Shown here in pieces: positions 38,488 through 47,421 of a stretch of 64,000 bases of DNA (position 1 is its first letter; every line of letters begins with the position of its first letter). The notes beneath the pieces were generated by a model, which saw only the letters and a program-made list of their open reading frames with translations, made no database searches and was not told the origin of the DNA. Origin of the DNA: Spirochaetaceae bacterium. Its GTDB lineage: Bacteria; Spirochaetota; Spirochaetia; SZUA-6; DRHE01. The stretch spans positions 1,821,989-1,885,988 of the forward strand of contig CP070696.1 of assembly GCA_020353535.1 (NCBI GenBank), read 5' to 3'. The position numbers and the translations under genes are program-made.

Positions 38488-40470
38488 TTGAGCACCGGAA
38501 GTCTTAGCGCCAAAGCCACATCGCTTCAATCAATAATCCGTCAAGAACTTGAAAACAAGATTTACCTCGCTCTCCAGCGCTACGCGAACGTGCATAGAGG
38601 TGCGGGTCAACATGCCCAAATCTCGACCCGGCTCTACGACAAAGCCAGAGAGGTTGTTCTGGACTATTTGGGTTTGGAGGGGAGAGAATACTGTGCGATA
38701 TTCGGTACCAGAAGAATGTTGTCTCGTCTGAATCGTTCCATTCTCTCAACCGAATCCGTATACCGGGTGTTCAGCAATGACCTGGGCTTGCCCCTGGGAA
38801 TCGGTGCCCTCGCATTTAGAAAGAGCTCTCTGCCCGTAGGAGTGCCGGATCAACGCGGCGGCGGAACAGTCAATCTGGTCTCGAGGAACCACGTGATCTG
38901 GAAAAATGCCCCGGAGAGGTTTGAAGCAGGCACACCGAACATAATCGGGGTGGTCATTCTGGCCGCAGCCCTGCAATTGATAAGAAGGTACGGTGATATC
39001 GATGTTTTCCGGCAAAAAGATGCCCCGAGTAGTGCAAGGTCGATACTGTACACCGGTGAAACAGATGGTGAGACGGGGCTTGAGCTCTTGGAGAAACTCA
39101 GGCTGAGTGCGATCGGCCGTGGTTCGGCTGTACCAACCTCTGCAGGTTTTCTGCCGTTTGTGAATTTCGACAGCGCCGCCAGCACACCGACTTTCCTGTC
39201 GGTTTGGAATACCGTTCGCCGGACATTGAGGCAGCCGCAGGTTCCGCTTCAAGAAATTTCGATAGAGGTCGAGAATCTATGCGCCGAGTTCTTTCAGGCA
39301 CCCCTGGATGAGTACGAGGTGCTGTTTATTTCCAACTCGACTGAGGGGATTAATATCGTTGCCGAGTCCTTGCGGCACTCTGGAGATACGAAGAATCGTA
39401 ACCGGACTACTGTACTGATTTCCGAAATGGAGCACAATTCAAATGAGCTCTCCTGGCGGTACGCCCCGGGGATATCGTTGTTGAGATTACCGGTAGACCA
39501 CGAGGGATTTATCTGTCTCCGGAAGCTGGAAGAGACTTTGTCGGCCTACAACCGGGAAGGTCGATTCGGCGGTCGGCGAATTCGGCTGGTAGCGGTCAGT
39601 GGATGTTCCAATGTGGTCGGGGCGATGAACGATCTAGAGAAAATCAGCGTAGTCGTTCACAGGTATGGAGCTTCCCTCCTGATCGACGCCGCCCAGCTGG
39701 CGGCGCATCGCAGAATCGATATGCAGGAGGCGGGCATCGATATCTTGGTGTGTTCCGGCCACAAGATGTACGCGCCCTTCGGAGCCGGCCTGCTGATTGT
39801 TCGAAAGGGGCTTTTGAATATTTCGGCTGGTGAGCTAAACAGCCTGCGGTCAACGGGTCTGGAGAACGCAGTGGGCATCGCCGCCCTGGGAAAGGCGATG
39901 GACTTGCTGTCGCGGGTCGGTATAGAAACGATTCGCGCAAGAGAGAAGGAACTGACGCGTCGGGCGATTGAGGGGCTCCACGGAATTCCCAGTGTTCAGA
40001 TCTACGGTGTGTCGGACATATTATCCGACAGATTTGAGAGCAGAGGACCGGTTCTGGCGTTTCGTTTAAAAAACGTGCATCACAATCTTGCCGCCAAGAT
40101 GCTTGCCGAGATCGGAGGAATAGGAGTGCGGAGCGGTTGTTTCTGCGCGCACCTGTTTGTCAAGCAGCTTATGGGGATAAGCAGCCTCCAATCCTTTGGC
40201 TCCAATGTAACGATGTTGCTCAGCCCGCATCGGATTGAACAGGCACTTCCCGGGATCGTGCGGGCCAGCTTCAGTTTCCTAAATACCGAAGATGAAATCG
40301 ACCATTTCCTTCGAATCCTCGGTCAGATCGCAGCGGCGCCGATGCCTTTCCTCAACCGCCTGTTTGCCCGCTCGTACTACGGTACTCCCCGGCTGCCGGT
40401 GACAGTCGAGCAGCAGCGAATCGAGGAAATGATTGCCAAAGTGGAGACAGAGATCTATGGCGCGCACTGA
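38488..40470 (+). CDS. Atypical class-V PLP-dependent enzyme (cysteine desulfurase/SufS-like) with a degenerate extra half-domain
   Basis: Complete class-V core (FDSAASTP, SNSTEGIN, SGHKMYAPFGAG PLP-lysine, VRSGCFCAH Cys loop). It is preceded by about 190 aa that repeat the HRG segment and the GGG...ERFEAGTPN segment but lack a PLP lysine. TTG start. Confidence 0.75.
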   Translation: MSTGSLSAKATSLQSIIRQELENKIYLALQRYANVHRGAGQHAQISTRLYDKAREVVLDYLGLEGREYCAIFGTRRMLSRLNRSILSTESVYRVFSNDLGLPLGIGALAFRKSSLPVGVPDQRGGGTVNLVSRNHVIWKNAPERFEAGTPNIIGVVILAAALQLIRRYGDIDVFRQKDAPSSARSILYTGETDGETGLELLEKLRLSAIGRGSAVPTSAGFLPFVNFDSAASTPTFLSVWNTVRRTLRQPQVPLQEISIEVENLCAEFFQAPLDEYEVLFISNSTEGINIVAESLRHSGDTKNRNRTTVLISEMEHNSNELSWRYAPGISLLRLPVDHEGFICLRKLEETLSAYNREGRFGGRRIRLVAVSGCSNVVGAMNDLEKISVVVHRYGASLLIDAAQLAAHRRIDMQEAGIDILVCSGHKMYAPFGAGLLIVRKGLLNISAGELNSLRSTGLENAVGIAALGKAMDLLSRVGIETIRAREKELTRRAIEGLHGIPSVQIYGVSDILSDRFESRGPVLAFRLKNVHHNLAAKMLAEIGGIGVRSGCFCAHLFVKQLMGISSLQSFGSNVTMLLSPHRIEQALPGIVRASFSFLNTEDEIDHFLRILGQIAAAPMPFLNRLFARSYYGTPRLPVTVEQQRIEEMIAKVETEIYGAH

Positions 40471-40951
40471 CCTGAAAAACACCCCGGTCCAGGCTTCAGA
40501 CCAACCCCGCGCCGCTGTCTCACCTCCCACGGTGTTTGTGGCTGCGATTGTTCTCGGTGTCGTTCTCGATTTGCTTGTACCCGTAGATCTGCTGCCCGGA
40601 GCAGCCCAGCTGAGTGCCGGACTACCGGTTATCGGATTTTCCGTGTTTCTTTCCGCCGTTTCATTTCGAAGCTTCGCGAAAAACGGCACAACCGCGGGTC
40701 ATAAAGAGAAACCGGTCGTGCTGATTACCAATGGACCCTTTGGATACACCCGCAATCCACTGTATCTCTCAGGCCTTCTGTTGGTACTTGGTTTCGGCTT
40801 TTTATTGGATAGCATCTGGATTTTTGCTCTAACAATCCCGGTGATGATCATCGTCCATTACGGTGCCGTCTTAAAGGAAGAGGATTATCTGCTGGATCAT
40901 TTTGGTAAGGAGTATGAGCAATACAAAACGTCGGTTAGGCGATGGATTTGA
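40457..40951 (+). CDS. ICMT/PEMT-family membrane methyltransferase
   Basis: Multi-TM protein with NPLYLSGLL and C-terminal EEDYLLDHFGKEYEQYKTSVRRWI, typical of isoprenylcysteine carboxyl / phospholipid methyltransferases. ATG at 40457 with GGAGA 9 nt upstream. Confidence 0.75.
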   Translation: MARTDLKNTPVQASDQPRAAVSPPTVFVAAIVLGVVLDLLVPVDLLPGAAQLSAGLPVIGFSVFLSAVSFRSFAKNGTTAGHKEKPVVLITNGPFGYTRNPLYLSGLLLVLGFGFLLDSIWIFALTIPVMIIVHYGAVLKEEDYLLDHFGKEYEQYKTSVRRWI

Positions 40952-42090
40952 CGGCGTCACCACTTCAGAAATCGAGGAGTACAATTATGTTGAACGCATC
41001 AACATCAACAACAGAGGACGTTGGCTTCGCCAAAATGTTGAGCAGCCTCTTGCGCATCTTTTTTTGGGATGCACTCAGGATCAGTATCAGGAATCCGGCT
41101 CGGGCTCTGTTTTTCCTGAGAACCGTGGGTCGGCAGAGAAAAGCCGCTGGCGTTCGATCAAGGTGGCGGAAGCAGGGCTTCCATATTCCTCCCATCGCTC
41201 TTTTTAGCGTCACTAATAAGTGCAATCTTCACTGCAAGGGGTGTTACTCCTGGGCGTTGCACAGGTCGAATGGCACGGAGCTCAGCACAGAGGAACTTGA
41301 CCGAGTCTTTGCGGAAGCGAAAGCTTTGGGAATTTTGTTCTTCGCCCTTGCCGGCGGCGAGCCCTTCGTACGCCCTGATATCATTGAAGTTACCAGCAGA
41401 TACCCAGAGATCATATTTCTTGTTTTCACAAACGGACTGCTCATCGATTCCGAGATGATTGGCAAGGTGAAGAAGCAGAAGAACATCATTCCGGTTATCA
41501 GCCTTGAGGGATACAAGGAGGATACGGACGGACGCAGAGGGGAAGGGGTTTTTCAGCATCTACAGAAAATCATAAATAGACTGAAGGCCAGCGATATTTT
41601 CTACAGTATATCCATCACCCTCACACGTTCGAATTTTACCACGGTGACGAATGACCAATTTATTAACAAGCTGGTTGATTTGGGCTGCAAGCTGCTTTTC
41701 CTGGTGGAGTACAGTCCGGTACAGGAAGGGACGGAAGATTGGGTAATCAGTGAGCAGCAGAGAGGGGAGTTAATGGGTTGTGTGAAATCCTTCCGCTCCA
41801 AGTATAAAAGTTTGTTTATTTCGATTCCCGGAGACGAAGAAGAAATCGGCGGCTGTCTCTCCGCAGGCCGGGGATTCGTGCATATCAGCGCCAGCGGGGA
41901 CGTGGAGCCCTGTCCGTTCGCACCCTACTCAGATGCCAACCTGCGGGATTCATCCTTGAAGGAGGCTCTGCAGTCCAAATTCTTGAGTACAATTCGCAAT
42001 AATCGCGACATGCTGTCCGAAGCCGAAGGAGGCTGTGCTCTATGGGTGAAACGGGATTGGATTCGATCCCTGCTCCATGAGCCTGAGTGA
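40942..42090 (+). CDS. Radical SAM enzyme, uncharacterised subfamily
   Basis: CNLHCKGCY (CxxxCxxC) cluster motif and GGEPF SAM-binding motif. C-terminal region has three further Cys (GGCLSAG, EPCPFAP, GGCALW) that could hold an auxiliary cluster. Confidence 0.85.
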   Translation: MDLTASPLQKSRSTIMLNASTSTTEDVGFAKMLSSLLRIFFWDALRISIRNPARALFFLRTVGRQRKAAGVRSRWRKQGFHIPPIALFSVTNKCNLHCKGCYSWALHRSNGTELSTEELDRVFAEAKALGILFFALAGGEPFVRPDIIEVTSRYPEIIFLVFTNGLLIDSEMIGKVKKQKNIIPVISLEGYKEDTDGRRGEGVFQHLQKIINRLKASDIFYSISITLTRSNFTTVTNDQFINKLVDLGCKLLFLVEYSPVQEGTEDWVISEQQRGELMGCVKSFRSKYKSLFISIPGDEEEIGGCLSAGRGFVHISASGDVEPCPFAPYSDANLRDSSLKEALQSKFLSTIRNNRDMLSEAEGGCALWVKRDWIRSLLHEPE

Positions 42091-42106
42091 CGGAGAGGAG
42101 TTTCCG

Positions 42107-42163
42107 ATGTTTGAACGTACGCGTTCGACGTCAAAATTATACGATTCAACCTTAACGTACTGA
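42107..42163 (+). CDS. 18-codon micro-ORF (MFERTRSTSKLYDSTLTY), hypothetical
   Basis: Not in the ORF track because it is too short. GGAGAGGAG lies 6 nt upstream of the ATG. Its stop codon overlaps the AGGAGG RBS of the next gene. There is no homology evidence. Confidence 0.25.
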   Translation: MFERTRSTSKLYDSTLTY

Positions 42164-42175
42164 GGAGGTACAAAA

Positions 42176-42463
42176 ATGGCGGACCGAGAGAAGAGGCAGG
42201 AATTGGCTGCCAAAATTGGCAAGGGAAAAGCGGATTTTATCCGGCATCTGATCACCTACCTGGTGGTTATTACCATCCTGGCGGTTATCAACAATGTCAC
42301 GGATTCGGGAGGGTACCAGTGGTGGCTGTGGCCCGCCGGCTGTTGGGGAGTATTCGTTGTAATCAACTTCCTGTCGGCCTTTGTTTTTAAAGCCGGCACC
42401 TTCAAACGATTGGAGGATCAGCTGGCCGAAAAAGAGCTGGAAAAGATGAACCGCGGGAATTGA
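42176..42463 (+). CDS. 2TM-domain membrane protein
   Basis: Charged N-terminus, two adjacent TM helices (FIRHLITYLVVITILAVIN / WWLWPAGCWGVFVVINFL) and a charged tail. Strong RBS. Confidence 0.65.
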   Translation: MADREKRQELAAKIGKGKADFIRHLITYLVVITILAVINNVTDSGGYQWWLWPAGCWGVFVVINFLSAFVFKAGTFKRLEDQLAEKELEKMNRGN

Positions 42464-42539
42464 ATCCAACTGATCGTTTCCACTGTAGGAGACCCGTCAT
42501 TCATATTGCACCCTTAGATCCTGGGAGGAGTGTGCAGCA

Positions 42540-43016
42540 ATGAAGCGAATCGATCTTGGCGACATCGGGAACATCGCCGAGGCTGTAGCCGCTATCGGCG
42601 TCATCGTCTCTCTGATCTATCTGGGCGTGCAGATCCAACAAAACACGAATGCCATTCGGGCTTCAAGCTATCAGAGTATTGCCGATGATATCACGGAATT
42701 CCAAATGGGATTGGCTCAAAACGGCGACCTGGCTCGTATTTACCTCGTAGGCCTTGAAAATCCGCAGCAATTGACCCCAATTGAAAAGGCGCAACTTGAC
42801 AACTACTTGGGAGTGCTCTTTGCCCGCTTCGATACGGCGGTGGAGCTGTACAATCGTGGCATGATCGATGACAGAGCCATGGCTCCGTACTCCAGGTTCA
42901 TCCTCTTTCAGCTCGAGTTTCCCGGAGTGGCTGCGTATTGGCAGGATGCCCAGATTTTTTTCAGCGACGGTCTTCGTGACCACATCGAGAGCATCAGGCG
43001 ATCGGGTCCGGAATGA
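42540..43016 (+). CDS. Hypothetical single-pass membrane protein
   Basis: N-terminal TM (AEAVAAIGVIVSLIYLGVQI) followed by a helical soluble region. No family recognised. Confidence 0.5.
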   Translation: MKRIDLGDIGNIAEAVAAIGVIVSLIYLGVQIQQNTNAIRASSYQSIADDITEFQMGLAQNGDLARIYLVGLENPQQLTPIEKAQLDNYLGVLFARFDTAVELYNRGMIDDRAMAPYSRFILFQLEFPGVAAYWQDAQIFFSDGLRDHIESIRRSGPE

Positions 43017-43737
43017 GGTGTCTCTTGTGCTACCAAAACGATGCTTCCCTGATAAAAGTCGCCGCGCTGCTGGCGGTATACGTGTTTTTCCTGCTTCTGC
43101 GTTCGAGGTTGGGTAGACCTATCACGAAAGGGATTGGCGCGTTCCTCTGGGGATTCCCGGGATGATCTATCTGTTGGGGCTTGTTCTGGCCGTTCCCATG
43201 GCCTATATCGATCCGGAAAGCTTACTCGGGATGAGAGCGTTCAACGGTTGGAATATGGTTTATTACCTCATCATTCTGTTCTTGGGATTCTTGATTTTCG
43301 CGGATGAGAGGATTCAGCAGGCCATCGTTAAACAGCGCTTTGTCTCCCTCATCCTCGGAATCGCCCTTCTGGTACTGCTCGACAGGGGACTTTTCATTAA
43401 AACTCAAACCCCATCGGTGGGTCCGGTGTTTCAGGAAACGATTGCTTCCTGGTGCTTCGTTCTGGCCATACTTGGACTTTGCATGAAGCACCTTACCGTT
43501 TCGGGCCGCTTTCTGAGTTATGCCACGGAGGCAGTCCTTCCTTTCTACATGCTGCATCAACCGATAATCTTGCTGACTGCCTTTTGGATCGTACAACTCC
43601 GGATCCCCATCCTGGTTAGGTATCTCATTATAGTGATCCTCTCCCTCGCCGGCATCATGCTTTTATACGAGGGCATCAGACGGGTCAGTGTGCTGCGCTT
43701 ATGCTTCGGCATGAAGGCGCGAAGGGGAAAATCATGA
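43013..43737 (+). pseudogene. Acyltransferase-3 family paralogue, 5'-truncated and frameshifted
   Basis: A 50-codon frame (43013-43165, ..FFLLLRSRLGRPITKGIGAFLWGFPG) and the 191-aa ORF (43162-43737) align consecutively to residues about 165-396 of the intact downstream paralogue (LLLFLRSEAGRSFVNKLAGICLRPGG / ...EAVLPFY..LYEG..). The frames switch at about 43160-43165. The N-terminal approx 165 aa is absent. Confidence 0.6.
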
Positions 43738-44891
43738 CGGAGCGAAGGTACGATATCGATTGGTTGAGAGTGATTGCCGTTTTGGCAGTCTTCCTGCTGC
43801 ACACATCCCAGTATTTCGATACCGAAGGCTGGATTCTAAAGAATGCCGAGCGGTCCTTCATCGTCAATGTGCTCAGGGGAGCTTTGCTCGATATGTGGGT
43901 CATGCCCCTTCTGTTCCTACTCTCCGGGGCAGCATCCTGGTATGCGCTTAAATCCAGGAACGCCGGGCAATATCTCCTTGATCGGGGCAAACGGCTTTTA
44001 ATCCCTCTGTACGGTGTTGGCCTTTTCATCCTCCTGCCGCCTCAAGCCTATATCGATTGGTCTGTCAACAGGGGCTACAGCGGTACTATTTGGGAACTGT
44101 TTCCGCGCTATCTGGGCAACCTGAGTTTAAACTTTAGAACCCCCTATTCAACGCTTCCCTATGCCGGGCATCTGTGGTTCCTCCAGCACCTGTTTATTAT
44201 CTCCCTGGTGATGCTGCCGCTGCTCCTTTTCCTTAGATCAGAAGCAGGCCGGAGTTTCGTCAACAAACTGGCCGGTATTTGCCTGCGCCCGGGGGGTGTC
44301 TTCCTGTTTTTGCTTCCCCTGATCGCGGTTCGTATCGCTTTCAAGCACTTCATGTTTGCGGGACCGAATTCTTGGGCGGATCTGTTCACCTACGCTGTTT
44401 TCTTTGTAATCGGCTATATCATCGCGGTAGACCCAAGCTATACCGATAGTATAAAGAAACATGGCTGGATAGGCCTGGCCCTGGGAATAGCCGGTTTCTC
44501 TGGTTTTGTTTTTTTGCTGAACGCCGGCTACAACCGTGACGCTGAGCCCTTTTCTCTGAAATATGTTCTTTTCCATATCGCAGAGATCGTCAGCATATTT
44601 GGCTGGATCGTGTTTATTTTCAGTATGGCAGCCAAACACCTCAACTTCAGAAGCAGAGTAATATCCTACGGAAACGAGGCGGTGCTGCCCTTCTACATAT
44701 TCCATCTTACGGTTGCCCACCTGGCTGCCTGGCTTGTCTTGTCCTGGAACCTGGGAATCGTGCCGAAATTCCTGATTATCACGGTGGTTTCCTTCATTCT
44801 GATCATAGCCCTGTACGAAGGATTCGTTCGGCATTTCAACGTCATGAGATTTATTTTCGGAATGAGGCCCAAGAAAAAGCGGATTGAATAA
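43734..44891 (+). CDS. Acyltransferase-3 family membrane O-acyltransferase
   Basis: ATG at 43734 (ATGA overlap). N-terminal YDIDWLRVIAVLAVFLLH motif and about 10 TM helices. Confidence 0.8.
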   Translation: MTERRYDIDWLRVIAVLAVFLLHTSQYFDTEGWILKNAERSFIVNVLRGALLDMWVMPLLFLLSGAASWYALKSRNAGQYLLDRGKRLLIPLYGVGLFILLPPQAYIDWSVNRGYSGTIWELFPRYLGNLSLNFRTPYSTLPYAGHLWFLQHLFIISLVMLPLLLFLRSEAGRSFVNKLAGICLRPGGVFLFLLPLIAVRIAFKHFMFAGPNSWADLFTYAVFFVIGYIIAVDPSYTDSIKKHGWIGLALGIAGFSGFVFLLNAGYNRDAEPFSLKYVLFHIAEIVSIFGWIVFIFSMAAKHLNFRSRVISYGNEAVLPFYIFHLTVAHLAAWLVLSWNLGIVPKFLIITVVSFILIIALYEGFVRHFNVMRFIFGMRPKKKRIE

Positions 44892-45143
44892 GCACCCTAA
44901 AATGTAGCGCTCACAGAGCACATCCTCGGAGAAATCGTGATCGGTCGCGCCGACGATTCCTCTGTGGATGGACAGGTGATCGACCCCTTTTGTCTATCCA
45001 GGACCGCGATCCCCGGGTATTCAAAATCACATCGGAGCTGGGCTGGACTGCATCGCGGCGATTGATGACGACATTTTCTTTGGATTTCTTTGGGCAGGTA
45101 AATAGGATTCCTTGCCGATCATAGTAACAGCTAGAGGTAAAAA

Positions 45144-47096
45144 GTGTTCGATGTTCTCGTTGTCGATAACCATCCGCTGATTCGCGAGTATCTCTCGGCC
45201 CTGCTTGGAAAAGAAGGGTACACCGTGCTCACCGCGAAAGATGGACTGGCCGCAATCGATGTGCTTCGCAGGTCGAATCCCAAAGTGATCTTCGTCGACC
45301 TGGTTATGCCAAATATCGACGGACAGACCTTCTGCCGCATCCTTCGCCGAATGCCGAAACATAAATCATGTTTCCTGGTTGTTCTGTCGGCGACGGCGGC
45401 AGAGAGCACGATTCCCGTAAAAGACATCGATGCCAATGCCTATATTGCAAAGGGACCATTTAAAAAGATGGGCGGGCATATACTCGATGTTCTGGAGTTG
45501 GCACAGAAGAGCGATTTCAAGGCCGTGGAAACCGAAGTCCGAGGATTGGATGACATCCACGCACGGGAGATTACCAAGGAACTGCTCCTGTTGAAGAGGC
45601 ATTTCGAAGTGGTCCTGGCCAGCATGAACGAAGGGATACTGGAAATCAACAAGGACGGCAGAATCGTGTACGCCAACGGAGCTGCCATCGAGATTACGGA
45701 AATAGTCGAGGAGCGGCTGCTTGCCTCGAGGTTTCTCGATTTATTCGACCAAGAGATGCGTGAGGACGTTGCCTCGTATCTGGAGGAGATTTCTGCCAAG
45801 AGGGACGAGCGGTCCTCGGCTGGTATCGAGATTCGGCTTGGAAACAGGGAATTGGAGCTGCGGGTCTATCCGATTCGTGAGAATGGAGAAAAATCGATCG
45901 TCCTGCTCGTGGATATCACGGAAAGAAAGCGTTTTGAGGGTCAGCTGCGGCGTTCCCAGCGTCTTGAATCGATCGGTACTCTGGCGGCCGGGGTCGCCCA
46001 TGATTTCAACAATCTGCTGACGGTCATCCAGGGGAATACTGACATCATGACCATGAATCTCGAGCAGACCCATCCCCATTACGAGCGGCTTCAAGAGATC
46101 CTCCGCCAGGTGAAAAGTGCCAAGCGACTGACGGGGCAGCTGCTCGGTTATGCCCGCAAGGGGAGGTTCGAGGTTCGTTTGCTGGATCTCAACCAGCTGA
46201 TTCGAGAAACTGCGGAGACCTTCGGCCGGACCCGCAAGGAAATCTCGATAAATGTGCAGTTGGATCCCGGACTTGAGGTATTTGAGGGAGACGCCGGCCA
46301 GATCGAACAGATGGTTCTGAATCTTCTGCTTAATGCGGGGGATGCGATGCCAGGTCAGGGTAGCCTGGATATCCAAACCCAGAACGTCAATCACGCTGAA
46401 ATCTCAAGCGATATCTTTACTCCGAAAGCGGGGAAATACGTAATGATTGCGGTTCATGACACCGGCATTGGAATGGATCGTGAGACAAGGGAGCGCATTT
46501 TCGAGCCGTTTTTCACCACCAAGGAGATGGGGCGCGGCACCGGCCTGGGTCTTGCCTCTGTGTACGGGGCCGTCAAGGGACACGGAGGATACATCGATGT
46601 GGAATCCGAGATCGGGAAGGGAACCACCTTCCGCATCTATCTTCCAGTAAAACGCTCCTCAGGTGTGCAGGAAACGATAGAACAGCAGGAGCAGACCTAC
46701 AGCTCTCCCGAACCGTCGGCCCACGGCACGGTTCTCCTCGTCGACGATGAACCGGCTGTATGCAAGGTAGCTACGGAAATCCTGCACAAACTACATTTCA
46801 GCGTGCTGGCTAGCGAAAGCGGTACAGAGGCTCTGCGCGTGTTTCGGGAGAATCGCGAAGCGATCGTGCTGGTGATTCTTGACATCGTCATGCCAGGCAT
46901 GGGAGGGAGCCAGGTCTTTCACGAGCTCCGTGCTCTCGATCCGGAGGTGAAGATCCTTCTGTGCAGCGGATATAGCATCCAGGGTGAAGCCGAACGTCTG
47001 CTCGGTATGGGTGCCAACGGTTTTATCCAAAAGCCCTTCAGCCTGCATGGTCTGGAGAAGAGCATCAGCGATATTTTGGAACCCGGGGGGCAATAA
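45144..47096 (+). CDS. Hybrid histidine kinase REC-PAS-HisKA-HATPase-REC
   Basis: N-terminal receiver (VLVVDNHP...FVDLVMPNIDG), PAS, His[13 protein letters not shown], HATPase (NLLLNAGDAM, DTGIGM, GRGTGLGLA), and a C-terminal receiver (VLLVDDEP...ILDIVMPGMGG...KP). GTG start with AGAGG RBS. Confidence 0.85.
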   Translation: MFDVLVVDNHPLIREYLSALLGKEGYTVLTAKDGLAAIDVLRRSNPKVIFVDLVMPNIDGQTFCRILRRMPKHKSCFLVVLSATAAESTIPVKDIDANAYIAKGPFKKMGGHILDVLELAQKSDFKAVETEVRGLDDIHAREITKELLLLKRHFEVVLASMNEGILEINKDGRIVYANGAAIEITEIVEERLLASRFLDLFDQEMREDVASYLEEISAKRDERSSAGIEIRLGNRELELRVYPIRENGEKSIVLLVDITERKRFEGQLRRSQRLESIGTLAAGVAHDFNNLLTVIQGNTDIMTMNLEQTHPHYERLQEILRQVKSAKRLTGQLLGYARKGRFEVRLLDLNQLIRETAETFGRTRKEISINVQLDPGLEVFEGDAGQIEQMVLNLLLNAGDAMPGQGSLDIQTQNVNHAEISSDIFTPKAGKYVMIAVHDTGIGMDRETRERIFEPFFTTKEMGRGTGLGLASVYGAVKGHGGYIDVESEIGKGTTFRIYLPVKRSSGVQETIEQQEQTYSSPEPSAHGTVLLVDDEPAVCKVATEILHKLHFSVLASESGTEALRVFRENREAIVLVILDIVMPGMGGSQVFHELRALDPEVKILLCSGYSIQGEAERLLGMGANGFIQKPFSLHGLEKSISDILEPGGQ

Positions 47097-47097
47097 A

Positions 47098-47421
47098 ATG
47101 GATCTCCCGTCTCTGGCTGAGGAGCTTGGGCTGGAGGTGGCGGATGTCCGGCGGCTTGTGCTGACGTTTGCGGAAGCGACCGAGGGGGACCTCATGCGCC
47201 TGGAACTGGCTTTTACCGACCGGGACGTGGAGCAGCTGCGCAGGACAGCCCATCATATAAAAGGGGCGGCCAGCAATCTGGAGTTCACGGAGATCGCGGC
47301 GGCCGCGTTGGCGATCGAAGACAAGGCCCGGTCTGGGATTCTCGAGGATCCGGCCAATTCGATCGCACGGATCCGCGGTGAGTTGAATTCGATTCGCATC
47401 CAGTTGCATAATGGTGAGTAG
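47098..47421 (+). CDS. Hpt (histidine phosphotransfer) domain protein
   Basis: AHHIKGAASNLEF phosphohistidine motif. About 107 aa. Starts 1 nt after the kinase stop. Confidence 0.8.
   Translation: MDLPSLAEELGLEVADVRRLVLTFAEATEGDLMRLELAFTDRDVEQLRRTAHHIKGAASNLEFTEIAAAALAIEDKARSGILEDPANSIARIRGELNSIRIQLHNGE

Noticed and set aside
44892-45143. 252-nt gap between the acyltransferase gene and the hybrid kinase, checked for gene remnants, repeats or structured RNA.
   Set aside because: Translations in all frames gave no recognisable family fragments, and no strong hairpins or repeats were seen. It is most simply a promoter/leader region for the kinase operon.
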